DNA from: Octopus vulgaris | Taxonomy: Eukaryota | NCBI GenBank assembly: GCA_951406725.2 | Contig: OX597839.1 | Location: 31,992,001-32,056,000, forward strand | Direction of reading: 5' to 3' | DNA: 64,000 nucleotides | Part shown: positions 27,172-40,221 of the stretch, piece after piece | Position numbering within the stretch: position 1 is the first letter of the stretch | Layout: each line of letters begins with the position of its first letter | Translations under genes and position numbers: made by a program | Notes under the pieces: generated by a model | Databases searched by the model: none | Seen by the model: only the letters and a program-made list of their open reading frames with translations | Told to the model about the DNA's origin: nothing

Positions 27172-29189
27172 CTGAAGCCAGACAAAATGCTCGATGGCAT
27201 TACATTCTGAGTTCAAATGCCACTAAGGTCAATTTTGCTTTCCTTCCTTTTGGGGTGAATAAAATAAAGTATAATCAATATAATCAATCTGCCTCCTCCA
27301 CTAAAATTCACCAGCCTTTTACCAAAATTAGAAAGAATCATTGTTGTTGTTGTTGCTGTCCACTTCCATAGCTCGTTCAAAATAAAGCTATTAACATCAG
27401 TAATTGGCATATAATGTCCAAAAATGTACACATTTTTAAGTGGAAAAAAATATTCTCTAGTTGAGAGTCAATATGTAATCAAGTCAATACCCAATAAATC
27501 ATAGTTTTTAAATATCATCATCCAACAATTTTTCTCCGTGTTGCTGTGAGATTTACAAAACTGCCCATTAAAGTTCATATTTATTTTGCTATTCTAACCA
27601 TTTTCATAATTCCAACTCTTGTTTCTTTTCCCCCTCCTTATTAATACTAGTTAACAAATAAAGTACAATATTAGTGAAGTCAAGTTGCACACTTACTGAC
27701 CACATGGTTACAGGTTCAAATTTTACAGTGCAGTGCACTCTGGGCAACCACATAACTTTAATCACTTTAGCTAGTCTAGCTCCCCATCCAGAATACTCTA
27801 ATGTGTCTGAATGCCCACCCAGAGTGTTCTAGTTAGACAAAATGACTAATTAGAGTACCCTAGCTTCTCTAACTGACCACTTTGATTCTATCAGCTAGTC
27901 TAACTGACCAAAGTACTTTCACAGTTTATGTGGTTAGTAAAATAGAGGCAAAGAAAAAAAAAAACAATCATTCTAGCAAGATGAAAATGTCTAAATCTTC
28001 AAGAACAAGAAAAGGTGGAAACAAATTTATTCTATGCTAGTATGGAAAAATAGATGTAAAAGAATCTCAAACCAGAAAAGAAATGAAACAAGATTGTATT
28101 TTCATAAAGCTTTGAATTAGTATAATGGTATTTACTAAATATGGATTACTACTTGTAGTTATTTCGAGACAGAGTTTAAAGATGTTTGTTTGTTTTGTTT
28201 GTTTACTGTTTAGTTATCTGTTGTTAGAAATGGTTGTTCAGTTTCTCAGACAATATGGTTGTAATCTGGTTATCTAAAATATCCCAGGTGATGGCAGTCA
28301 GGTACAGAGGAATTGTTGAGAATGTTTTGACAGCCACTGGATTACAGTATCAAGTCACATCCTTGATTTGTGATGTTGCAGATTTCTGGGAGGTGGAAGA
28401 CATCCAGGGGGGCACTTGTAAGTCCGAAACAGACACACAACCATGACACACTTGGCAGCTGTCATCTTAAACATTTGTCAAAGCAATATTTATTTATTTA
28501 CTTCTTATTTGTTTGTTGTTAACAGAAGAAAAGGGGCATTGTCCATGACAATTTTTGAAGGCCCTAAGAATGGTGGAGCTTTAATGAACTGAACCCTTCA
28601 TACAACCGTTCCTGTCCATCAACTCCTTTAATTCCTAACATCTTCAACCACATGAACCCATCCAACAATGCATGTATCTATCAGTCCAGTACCCACTTGT
28701 TTACATTTGTTTCAACTGAAGACATGAACTCTCTCTAATCTAAGGGAGAAAGCATCAATCCCTTAAGTTAGACAATCAGCCATGTTTGTCAAAAGTCCTT
28801 TTGTCTCCATCCATGACCTCCTCAATGACACGCTCTCTTTACTTCAGGTCTCTATCATTTATTCATATTCCCTTACATTCACTGTTACAATCAAGACACA
28901 TTTTTGCTGAATTTTTACTATTTATGTTTGGTCCAGTGGTTAGGGTGTGGTACTCATGATCTAGTGATCATGGGTTCGATTCCTGGATCAAGTAGCACAT
29001 TGTATTCTTGAGCAAAACACTTCATCTCACACAGCTCCATTCCATTCAGCTGTAAATGAGTCGCCCTGTGTCAAACTAGCTTTCTGATCAGGGTGAACGT
29101 TATCCTACCTACCCAGCCAGTGGGGTGGCATCATTCAAACACTAAAACAGCAATGTAAAACAGCATTCGTTAGTCTTGTCAATCATGTG

Positions 29190-32100
29190 ATCACATAATT
29201 TTTGGAGATTTATAGTTTTCTGAGACTTTTGTGCATATGTAGATATGTTGCTTCTGAGGGGAATAACTCAGATTACCTGCAAATTTCATAATGGGAAATA
29301 TGCAAAAAGGTCAGGAGAAAACATCTTTTCTTTCTTGGTTGGTTTCAATGTTTTTATATCCATGTCTGTTACTAATGGCATTTAATTTGTAATTAATATC
29401 TATTTTCATCATCTTTTCTTTTTTCAGTGGTTTTGTCTTTTAATCATTATTATGTAATTAATTAACAAACCTACATGTGCAATATTATTTTTAGCACAAA
29501 TGACTATTTACATTTTGAAAAGAAAAACTAAATCTTTTTCTGCAATAATGCCAACATTCATGATAATCTGATATCAATAAACATTTGAATAAACAAACCT
29601 ATTTCTAGGTATTTTCTGTTCCATCATTACAGCACTGAAAGTTTGACTTAGAAAATATTCAAAAGGCGCAGGAGTGGCTGTGTGGTAAGTAGCTTGTTTA
29701 CCAACCACATGGTTCCGGGTTCAGTCCCACTGCGTGGCACCTTGGGCAAGTGTCTTCTACTATAGCCTCGGGCCGTCCAAAGCCTTGTGAGTGGATTTGG
29801 TAGACGGAAACTGAAAGAAGCCCGTCGTATATATGTATATATATATGCGTGTGTGTGTCTGTGTTTGTCCCCCTAGCATTGCTTGACAACCGATGCTGGT
29901 GTGTTTATGTCCCCCGTTACTTAGCGGTTCGGCAAAAGAGACCAATAGAATAAGTATCAGGCTTACAAAAATGAATAAGTCCCGGGGTTGAGTTGCTCAA
30001 TTAAAGGCGGTGCTCCAGCATGGCCGCAGTCAAATGACTGAAACAAGTAAAAGAGTAAAGAGTAAGAGTAAAAGGATTTAATGTTGTGCCCTTTCTTGGT
30101 TCAAATTAATCCTTCAGCATTCATATTACTCTGTCAAATGTAATCTTTGTTTATTCACATTGCATTATTTCATAGATTTAAGATTTCAATGATGTGATTG
30201 TTATTTTTAGAATGACATTGTAGTGTAGGTGTGAGAGGTCAGATCTGACTGGTTTGAACATAGAACAGGTAGAATATTTGGGCCAGGTATGGCTGGTTTA
30301 AACTGTACTCATCCAGTCAAGATGAACAAACAACTTTCCGGTCTGGAAGCACAATCCTTTCTCCTCTGCTTATCTTCTACAGTTTATATCTAGCACTGTT
30401 GTAGTCAAGTCTTTTCTCTTCAACAATACTGACTATTGCTAACATCTTTTAGTTCACACATTACAAAGAGAGAGGAGGGAGAGAGAGAGAGAGAGATTTC
30501 AGTATTACTGTCTTTCAAAGTTCTGTTAGATTACACAGTTAAATAAAAAGAATGTAATGTTGAAAGTGTCTACAATATGCAGTCATGTGTAACATTAAAG
30601 AATCTTGGAAAGGAATATAGCTTTATTTATACTTTGCCTCTGTAACATTATTCTAAAATTTCAAGTAAAGTAAATATCTATGAATAATAAAACCTATTTT
30701 TGAATTAATATTACAAGCTCTTATAAAAATATAGTTATAAAGGAATAAACTGATTTATGTGTTTTATATACGGTCAGCCACTCTGGTATAAATTCTCTGA
30801 CTCTAAATTTACAATGCTCACTCTCTATAACCACCAAGTTATTTTCGACTTATTTGCTTGCTACTTTTATGTTTTTTCTTCTCAATTTTTATTGAATTGT
30901 TGAAAATTTATATTCATTTTATTCTCAATAATCCATCACTTCAAAATAATATCTATCAAACCAAACACAATATGGAATAATTTGTAAGGTTGTTGAATGT
31001 GATATCTTGAAGCAAACACTGAATGAATGATTCAAATTGTAATTTCTTAGTGAAGAGTACTTCACAAATGTATTATTAATGATGATGGAATTTGTCAAGT
31101 TCTTAATAAAGTACAGCATATATTTGGAATAGAATGATGAAGTATGCTTGAGCCAAGAGCTTTGGCTGAACCTCATTTTAAAACCACTTTTAACTTGTGA
31201 CCTATTTTTCTGTGCTAATAATAATAATCACGTTATACATAGGCACTGGCATGGCTATATGGTTAAGAAGCACACATTGCAACCACATGGTTTTGGGTTC
31301 AGTCCCACAACATGGCAAACTGGGCAAGTGACTTCTAATATACCTTATGGAAACAAGTGTTGTGCAAGAATGTTTATTTTCTAACCTCTACTCCAAAATG
31401 GGGAGTTGAATATATGTGAAGGCAGGAAAGTGTGTGTGTGTGTGTGTGTATGTGCCACATGTCAATAAGTCAATGTAGATAACCATGGTGTTACATAGTA
31501 GGTCTAGTCATTATGTTAAATGTATGATAGAAAACTCTGAGATGGGGTTTGCAAACGTGACTGAAAAGTTCTAAATTTCCTATCAACATATTCCTGCAGA
31601 GAAAATCAATTTGTTGAGTTGATAAGACTGTATGAAAAGATAAAGTCAATAATAAACTGATTGCATGACTAAATTTTTGAGATGAATTATTACAATAATA
31701 ACTTTAAATTTTCCAAACTATTAACTTTCATATTTTTATACTTAACATAGTATTATGATTGGCTGTACCTCCAATCATCTTCAGGTTTCCTTTTCAACAT
31801 ATTTACAATTCCATTGATTGGTTTAACACTCAAAATATTTTTAATATTTTTAAGCATTCTGCTACCATACTTCATAAACAAAGTGTCTGAAGAAACTGTA
31901 TATATGGAAGAACAAAGCACTTGAAAATATTTGAAAATTAAATAAATCAAAATGTTGTATTAAACCAAAAATATTAAAAAAGAGGTTAATAGTCCATAAA
32001 ATTTCAATTAAGTCAATCAAGTGTTTAATTGTGCCTGCCACTAAATTAAGAATATAAAGAGGAATAAAATTATAGAATTACAAAACTGATGGTAGAAAAA

Positions 32101-32300
32101 AATGTAGAAATGATGTAAAGTGTTGGCATTGTGGTATATTTTTGCTTCTTGAATGCAGCAGCAACATCACTCCTGTATCAGAACTCTTTCCATAAAAATT
32201 TAATAAAATATTTTCTATTGCTGAAGTTATGTTTTTAAAAAAATAATTTGCATTCAGGGACTGTCTTCCTTGCCTTCCTTCAGTCATAATGATCATGATG
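29190..32300 (-). pseudogene. FANCB: Decayed FANCB-like gene relic, with internal deletions
   Basis: Colinear: ORF 31753-31950 IFKYF...FMKYGSRM (VFEYF...FKLGYEM); ORF 30925-31176 FSVCF...CVWFDRYYFE (FVVSF...AVWKESFQ); ~30865 KVASK*VENNLVVIE (QVAAKWEKLSLVLID); ~30600 IPFQDSL...FQHYIL (PPLETGL...RQHLLL); ~30335 GKLFVHLDWMST (GRVFLSLEDLST); ~29500 IVICAKNN (LIIYSRNQ); ~29255 SEATY (SGALY). Confidence 0.6.
29666..30072 (+). mobile_element. Full-length, little-diverged family A tRNA-derived SINE
   Basis: ggcgcaggagtggctgtgtggtaag (A box), gggttcagtccc (B box), internal (TA)/(TG), CpGs retained, tail (aaagagt)n. Minus-strand copies at ~39640-40010, 44445-44795 and 62195-62582. Confidence 0.92.
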
Positions 32301-32590
32301 TTTTTATTTTCCTCGTTATTATGGGTGTGCAATTTTAATTAGCTAAAATTTCCTGGTTCATTAAGTCAAGTGTGTTAGCACCAACTTTCTTATTTGCAAG
32401 TAACAATTTGGAAAGAACACTGCTGATATAAAACAGGAAATAAGAACCATTGTGTAATCAAGTGAAGTGGGATGCAAAACACACTGGATGGACTCTGGAT
32501 AGCCACAGTAGCTCTCCACCAACAAATGTGAAAGTGTTAGGAAAGTTAGGAAATGTTACTGACTGCAGTCTATAACCAGAGACTATAGAT

Positions 32591-32825
32591 CAAGGGTTCT
32601 CAAACCTTTTCCTACCTATGGATCCATTTGATTCTTATTTCACTTTATTGGACCCCGAGAGCCAGTCAATGTTTTAAAAAAACATTTTTTTGATAATTGT
32701 ATAAAAAAAAGTTGCTAAACTGTTATATGTATTGTAGAAGTATTACCAGTTTATTGTACGTGAATTTTAACAAAATCTTTTATGGACCCTCAGAGGGTCA
32801 TATGAGCCCTGACTGAGAACCATTG
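32591..32825. mobile_element. hAT-type MITE
   Basis: Termini caagggttctca...tgagaaccattg are inverted repeats; 8-bp flanks ctatagat / ttatagat. Confidence 0.8.
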
Positions 32826-34128
32826 TTATAGATAAATGCAATATAAGCATATCCAAGGCTTTGAAAAGTTCATGAGACCATTTGCCTAAGTATGGTATGG
32901 TTGACCCTTTTATTTGCATATTTCTTTTCAAACGTTCTTCTTTTTTTTCCAATTAATTATGAAAATAATGAAGAACTTACTAAAATAACTTTGTCCTTAT
33001 CAAGCTGGTACTTGGAGCAAAAAATTAACCTGAGATTTGTTAGATTTCAATTTTGATGACTTTACAACAGGAAATTTGTATCATCAATCCAGGTGAGTTG
33101 ACATCAAAAGGGTTAAAAGAGAAATTTCACTGATTAGCTTAGATCTGATATTGGTTCTAGAGAGCTATCAATTGAGGCACAAACTTATGAAATATGCAAC
33201 AAAATGTTTGTATTTGATATGAATTCATAATTTTTTCCACTGTTCTTTGTCATTTCTACAATCAGTAGCAATAGCGAACAACAAAACTAGCAGTTTCAAA
33301 CACACGTAGGGCTTGTCTCCTCTGTATCTTGTTAATTGCAATAATAGCTAATTTATTCCAGTTACATACCACAGGATTATGTGAAACTAAGCTAGCTGAA
33401 AGATACACAAAAACAGCATCATTTGACAAATCAAGGGGTAAGAATTAGTCTAATTTCAATGCAATGAGAATTTATTTGTGACCAATCCTAACAGGGCAAC
33501 CACGTTCAAATGGTCAATTTAGAAATTGCCCAGAAACATCAGACATAGATATGTTAGGTTGTTGTTGTACAAAGGACATTCACTGTTGTATAACCAGAAC
33601 AATTACTATCTACACATGTGAATCTTATGACTGTAAATTTGCTTGCAGGGTAAAAATGTCAAAGCAGATTTCTTATTCACTCACCTTTTGTTTCTCGACA
33701 AGAATTCAATAAAATCAGCCAAAGTAATTTTAGAAACACAGATTAAAACATACACCTTTGTTTCTTTCTTTTGTTTGTTTGTTGTTATTGTTTGGAGTTT
33801 TTGTTTCCCCCATGCCGTCCACCCTCACCCCAAGTCACATCAGAACATTCTGTTACTGACATACTCCATTTTCAGCCAGCAGTCTTCCGTATATTTTACT
33901 GCCAATTAGTTAACAACTAAAACAAATGGTGGGGAAATAAACTCAGTCAGAAAAACAAAAAAAAAAAGAGACTTTTTCACCAAAGCAAAACAACCGTTCA
34001 GACACTTCGTTATTGTACTTCAAAGAATTCATTCATGTGAAGCATTTAATTTAGTAGAAAGCTATGATATAGCTTCTTTTTTTTTATTATTTAAATAACA
34101 GATAACTTGAATTATCTTACAAATAATT

Positions 34129-34358
34129 TGTGTGTGTGTGTGTGTGTGTATGAGTGAGTGTGTGTGTATGTATGAGTGAGTGTGTGTGTGTTTGTGAGTA
34201 TGTGTGTGTGTGTGTGTGTGTATGAGTGAGTGAGTGTGGGCGAGTGGTTAATAGGAGAAAGATCATGAAACTGTAAAACTTACTTCAGAAGTAACTGGAT
34301 AAAAGGACCATAATGGAGTGTGTGTGTGAGAGAGAGAGAGAGAAAGAGAGTGTATGTC

Positions 34359-34403
<45 letters not shown>

Positions 34404-34640
34404 GCATGTGTCTGTGTATGAGTGTGAGAGTGTGTGCAAGTGTATATGTATAGGAGAGTGTGCGCATGCATATGTATATGAGAGTGTGTGTGTGTGTGTG
34501 TGTGTCTGTGTGTGAGTGCAAGGGGATTGTGTGCGAGTGTGTATGTATGGGTTTGTATGAGTAAGAGAGAGTATGTGTGAGAGCATATGTGAGAGAGACA
34601 GTGTGTGTGTGTGTATGCGTGTGTGTGTGTATACATGCAT
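34129..34640 (+). repeat. Compound (TG)n/(AG)n microsatellite tract
   Basis: Directly visible. Confidence 0.9.
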
Positions 34641-35298
34641 ATACGTGCCCTCCTTTATGTTCCGAATTCAAAACCCCATGAAGGTGCACTTTGCCTATCA
34701 GCCTCCTGAAGTCAACAAAAATCAAAACTGGATGGTGGGGGTGGGGGTGCAGATTAATCAGCTATATTCTTGAAGGCATTGCCCCAGCCTGGCCACAGTT
34801 CACCAATTGGAAGCAGTAAAAGAATAAGCAAAAATTTTACGTACATCTGATTGTTATGTCTATTTATCATTTAGAGTCGACACATCACAAATAGATGTTA
34901 AATTTAATCAATCCAACAATTTATTTAACGAGTGATAGACTTCTGCCCCACACAGGAGACAGTGGGGGTAGGGGTGGGGGGTGAAATTATGTTTGAATAC
35001 AAACATCAATTTGATTGTGAAACTAATGACCAAGAAAAAAGAGCAGATTGCTGTGTGTAACATGTAATATCTCCGTTTATATGCTTATGTCATGCTTTGG
35101 TACTTTGGAGTAGTTCACGGCTTTCGTTTATAATGTCTTCATAGTCTAACAGAGCAAAACAAAACAAAAATAAAGTTGTTTGTTTTTTTTTTTTTTTTTT
35201 GCATCTTGTAAGTTGTAACTGTAATTAAAGGTGTTAGAAGCAGGAATATGGTGTAAACAAATCCAAAGATTGCACTATTATTATTATTATTAATAACG

Positions 35299-36195
35299 GA
35301 AGAAGAAGAAGAAGGTAGAAGAAGAAGAAGAAGAAGAAGAAGAAGAAGAAGAAGAAGAAGAAGAAGAAGAAGAGAAGAAAAAGAAGAAGGAGAAGAAGAA
35401 GAAGAAAGAAGAAGAAGAAAAGAAGAAAAAGAAGAAGGAGAAGAAGAAGAAGAAGAAGAAGAAGGAGGAGAAGAAGAAGAAGAAGAAGAAGAAGAAGAAG
35501 AAGAAGAAGAAGAAGAAGAAGAAGAAGAAAGAAGAAGAAGAAGAAGAAGAAGAAGAAGAAGAAGAAGAAGAAGAAGAAGAAGAAGAAGAAGAGAAGAAGA
35601 AGAAGAAGAAGAAGAAGAAGAAGAAGAAGAAGAAGAAGAAGGAGGAGGTGAAGAAGAAGAAGAAGAAGAAGAAGAAAGAAGAAGAAGAAGAAGAAGAAGA
35701 AGAAGAAGAAGAAGAAGAAGAAGAAGAAGAAGAAGAAGAAGAAGAAGAAGAAGAAGAAGAAGAAGAAGAAGAAGAAGAAGAAGAAGAAGAAGAAGAAGAA
35801 GAAGAAGAAGAAGAAGAAGAAGAAGAAGAAGAAGAAGAAGAAGAAGAAGAAGAAAGAGAAGAAGAAGAAGAAGAAGAAGAAGAAGAAGAAGAAGAAGAAG
35901 AAGAAGAAGAAGAAGAAGAAGAAGAAGAAGAAAAAGAAGAAAAAGAAGAAGGAGAAGAAGAAGAAGAAAAAGAAGAAGAAGAAGAAGAAGAAGGAGGAGA
36001 AGAAGAAGAAGAAGAAGAAGAAGAAGAAGAAGAAGAAGAAGAAGAAGAAGAAGAAGAAAAAGAAGAAAAAGAAGAAGAAGAAGAAGAAGAAGAAGAAGAA
36101 GAAGAAGAAGAAGAAGAAGAAGAAGAAGAAGAAGAAGAAGAAGAAGAAGAAGAAGAAGAAGAAGAAGGAGGAGGAGGAGGAGGAGGAGGAGGATG
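35299..36195 (+). repeat. ~900-bp (GAA)n/(GGA)n polypurine tract
   Basis: Directly visible; explains the poly-Leu and poly-Glu ORFs. Confidence 0.98.
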
Positions 36196-36336
36196 AAGAG
36201 GTTAATCATTGCAAAAGGCAACAATATATTGTAAGAACAGACACTGTTCCCACCTTTCCAAATTAGGTCTGAAGAAGACTTTTGTGAATAAATTTATTAT
36301 ATGATTAAATGTCTAAATGCCTGTGATGAGTTATTG

Positions 36337-36537
36337 TTAATATGATTCTAATTTTTCGGACTATTAACTTCATCTTTAGAGATGAAAAATATTTTAATAT
36401 TTACATCTACACTATGTTTCGACTGGTTTGATGATCAGAGATCAAACCGATCGAAACGTAATGTACATGTAAATATTAAAACATTTTTCATATCTGAAAG
36501 ATGAGGTTAATAGTCCGAAAAATTATAATTGTATTAA
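36337..36537. mobile_element. Foldback / palindromic MITE-like element
   Basis: About 95-bp arms (ttaatatgattctaatttttcggactattaac...tttgat / atcaaa...gttaatagtccgaaaaattataattgtattaa) around a short loop. Confidence 0.8.
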
Positions 36538-37642
36538 ATTAATTATTGTTTTCAATATCTGGGGAAATTTTGAAAGTCGGTAAGAGCAAATGAAAATTAA
36601 GTGTTTTCATTGAACCATATATATACACACACACACATATACACACATACATACATACATACATATATATATATATATGTGCAGAAAGTAATTCTCAAAA
36701 GTTTTAGAGAAGAAAAAAATAATTAAATAAAATCTTGAGAATTAAGAAACTGAAAAACCTTTGATTTAATAATTATAAAGTTTCTTGGCAATCACAGATA
36801 CAAAACACTACACTATCTAAGTTTAAAGTTTGCTGAGAAAGCCAGCAAAGAAATGGGTTGTGGTACATTATTAAAATTTCATTTTCTGCTATAACTCTGA
36901 GAACCCACCTCAACACATCCACCCACACACATTCCACCTCCATGTATATGAAATGTCAGTGGAAAAGAAAAAAAAAAAAAGAAGAAATATAGAGAGAAGG
37001 AAAAAGAGAGAGATTCCATCAAGAAATTCATTAAACAGAATATAGATGCCAAGTAAAGATATGGTTCAAATATGATGCATGATAACTGTTGCTTCCGGAA
37101 GCAAGATCTGATAACTTACATAAGAAAGAGTCAATTTAATCACTTTTAAACATTTAATTAGAATTTTCAATGTTTATATATATATATATATATATTTGTG
37201 TCTTGTATGATTTGTAAATATGGTCTAGAGGTTTGGTCATATGAATGAAAATTGACTTACAGCATAAATATGGAAACTATATTTTGATTAAATAAACTAG
37301 GGTCAACACCATTTACCAGGCATTTTTTCCTATTTATACAACATTGTCTTTTCGTATACATATAAGTGTTAGTCAATGCATCCTTTATTAACTGTGCTTA
37401 GAGTAGAAAAGATTACATTTTAATCAGCAGAAAGTCACAAAAGTGACTGAAGGGTTTGGGAGTTTTGTGCATGAAACTGATCAAACTGACTTAAAACAGA
37501 GGACGTTTCTGATCTGGAGAGAATTACCATTGTTTTTGGAATATTCTTTTAAAAATTAATGTTGGAGAGCCTTGTGGAAATTGGAAATTTTGAATAATTA
37601 ATCAGTCTTAAACAAGGAGTAGGCTTAAGAGAAAACGGAAAG

Positions 37643-37689
<47 letters not shown>

Positions 37690-37989
37690 GTATTTATGCA
37701 TACATAAATATATACTTATACAAGTATATATACATGAATACATACATACACACAGAGTCAAGTATATACACACACACACACACGTGCCTGTGCATGCATA
37801 TGTATCATAAATTCTCTAAATGATATCTTGATAATCAAATATGTCATCAACTAAAAAACTACAATAATGATTCATTATTCTCTCACACACACACACACAC
37901 ACATACGTGAGCATTAATCTTAATTTCAATGACTGCTACTATAAAATATTAATCATATATACACAAGCTCAGTTTATAACAAAACAAGA

Positions 37990-39585
37990 TAAAGGTCACA
38001 TGGAAGACACTTTGTCTCATCCTATCAGCAAGTGATCTTGTAAACCCATAAGCTTTCTACTGGAAATCTTTCAATTTAATTAAATCTTATTTCTAGAATC
38101 GAATGGAAGAGTTGATTTTGTTGGGGTTTTTATTTCTTTTAGAGTGGGTTTTTTTTTGTTTTTTTTTTTGGGGGGGGGCGGTTCATGCAAATTACCATCA
38201 CTATAGATTGCAGTAAAAAATTATATTCTTAAAATGTGAAAATATTGAAATCGAAAGAATGCGCAGATGTTATTATTTGTCATTTTTATCTATTTGTGTT
38301 TAAACAGCTTTCGAAATATATAATGTTTATTTTTTTAAAAAAAGATTTCCAGTAAAGTTGAATGTGTTGAAGCAAATCAGTTTTACACTTGTGCACAAGG
38401 TAAATAAAATATGCAAAAATTAGAATTAAAAGGAACTCACTTCATTTTCCCCACTACATCTCGCTAAAGGCCAAAAGATGCTGGCTGCCACAATCAATGA
38501 GATTTCAGAAACTCAGACAAAAGAACATTACAAAGGTTTAAGGGGTTACACTGACAACCACAACCATTTCCCCAGAGTGATATGACACTTTTGGACTGCA
38601 GCCATATTGGAAAAGTACCCTCAGGGTTTTCACTGTTTATATTAACCCACTGTATTTTGTCTAACACTTCATTTATCAATTACGGAATGTGGAAGGCAAG
38701 TGACACAAAGCAGTTTTCTTTGATGCTCTTACCAATTCTGTTATCTCTGCTGATTCACACACACATCCATCATCATCATCATCATCATCATTCTGATGCC
38801 TATGTCATTTCATGTCTTTACATTCTGAGCTCAAATTCCACTAAAGTCAACTTTGCCTTCCATCCTTTTAGGGTTCATCAAATAAGTACCAGTCAAGTAC
38901 TGGGGTTGATGTAATCAACTGACCCCCCCCCCCACCTTGCCCGCAATTGCAGGCCTTGTGCCAAAATTTGAAACCAACATCATGAACACGTATACATATT
39001 CCGTATCATTTACTTGTTTCAGTCTTTAGACTGCAACCATGCTGGGGCACCACCTTGAAGAACTTTTGGTCAAATGACTCAACCCCAGTGCTTTTTTTTA
39101 AAGTCTGATTCTTATTCTGTCTCTTTTCCATGTTTGCATGGATCAGACAAAATCTGCTAGAGCACATTTTCAACAACTGGATGCTCTTCCTGTTATCTAC
39201 AGATATTTTTCCAAGTCCAGGCATTTTTCACAGATTTGAAACAAACAATGCCACTTGGAGCCAAAATTTGAAACCAATATCATGAGAGAGAGAGAGAGAG
39301 AGAGAGTGTGTGTGTGTGTGTGTGTGTTTGTATTTGGTTTGCAAGATTCTTTATGTGAATTCATGTGTTGAAGCATATTTTATTGTCTGGGGAGAGTCAT
39401 TCTCTTTTAGTGCCTTATTATTTAACACACTTATCAGTTCGATTTCCACTCAGTTATTTATTTTATATATATATATATAAAAAAAATTTAAAGGACTGAC
39501 CACTCAAAAAGTGGACGGTCAACATGCTAGATATAGACATCAAATCGCTATTTTCCACAAAGAATATGTTCTCAAATAAATTTTC

Positions 39586-39626
<41 letters not shown>

Positions 39627-40176
39627 TCAGTTTATTTTATCTTTTACTTGTTTCAGTCATTAGACTGCAGCCATACTGGGGCAATTCCCCGAAGAACTTT
39701 TTAGCTCAATGAATTAACCCAGTACTTATTTTTCTTTAAAACCTGGTATTTATTCTATCAGTTTCTTTTTGCTGAACTGCAAAAAGTCCAGGGATGTAAA
39801 CAGACCAGCACCAGTTGTCAAGTGGTGATGGACAAACATACACACACACATGAAGGGCTTCTTTCAGTTTCTATCTGCGAAATCCACTCACAAAGCTTTA
39901 GATGGCCAGAAGCTATAGTAGAAGGCACTTCCTTGTCCAAGGTACCATACTGTGGGACTGAACCCTTAACCATGTGGTTGGGAAGCAAGCTTCTTACCAC
40001 AAAGCCACTGCTGGTTAAAAAGCTTTTACTTTTTTAATACAAGTAGAGACTGATGATTGATTTGCATTAGATATTCAGGTTTTTTCCTTCTTGCATTAGA
40101 TTTTTCCCAACTACTTTATCATTCAAGTGAGGACAGGAAGGCTATTCAAATTGAAACATTTATGTGAATTATTTGG

Positions 40177-40221
<45 letters not shown>

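Larger units (their letters stand above)
24620..28470 (-). pseudogene. FANCE: Decayed FANCE-like gene relic
   Basis: Colinear: ~28410 VPPW, then a second W 40 codons later (PAPW...FDW, ~41 apart in human); ~28170 KLCLE...NP (ALCRE...GP); ~25330 ILLCQLLNF (DLLCAQLQL); ORF 25007-25207 FLSVYTAMANSIVTASVLKLC...PG...LLC ([20 protein letters not shown]...TG...LLC); ~24840 IIDKRVRIT (LLERQVEMT); ~24790 LCEAVCSELSACAT (LMEKLCKKGLAATT); ~24640 LRMS (LRKS). Confidence 0.6.
32470..37610 (+). pseudogene. FANCG: Decayed FANCG-like (TPR) gene relic
   Basis: Colinear: 32472 MQNTLDGLW (SCLDLW); ~33165 LSIE...ICN (LPLE...TCN); ~33370 HRIM*N*AS (HRLVGLQAA); ORF 33643 KSAKVILETQIK (QRALLYLVAALK); ~34040 KHLI (KHIL); ~34930 TSDRLLPH (TSSLLPK); ~36215 KGNN...LSKLG (PGNR...LKRLD); ~37512 IWRELPLFLE (LWSLPLYLE). 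Confidence 0.6.

Noticed and set aside
26904-27200. Poly-Ile ORFs
   Set aside because: They come from the (ATT)n SINE tail.
29666-29750. tRNA gene
   Set aside because: It is a tRNA-like SINE head attached to a multi-copy body and tail, with no full cloverleaf.
35139-36224. 361-aa poly-Leu/Ser and 182-aa poly-Glu ORFs
   Set aside because: These are translations of the (GAA)n microsatellite.
38494-38679. ORF with PIW...LW resembling the FAAP20 N-terminus
   Set aside because: It overlaps a degraded SINE tail similar to 43220-43310.
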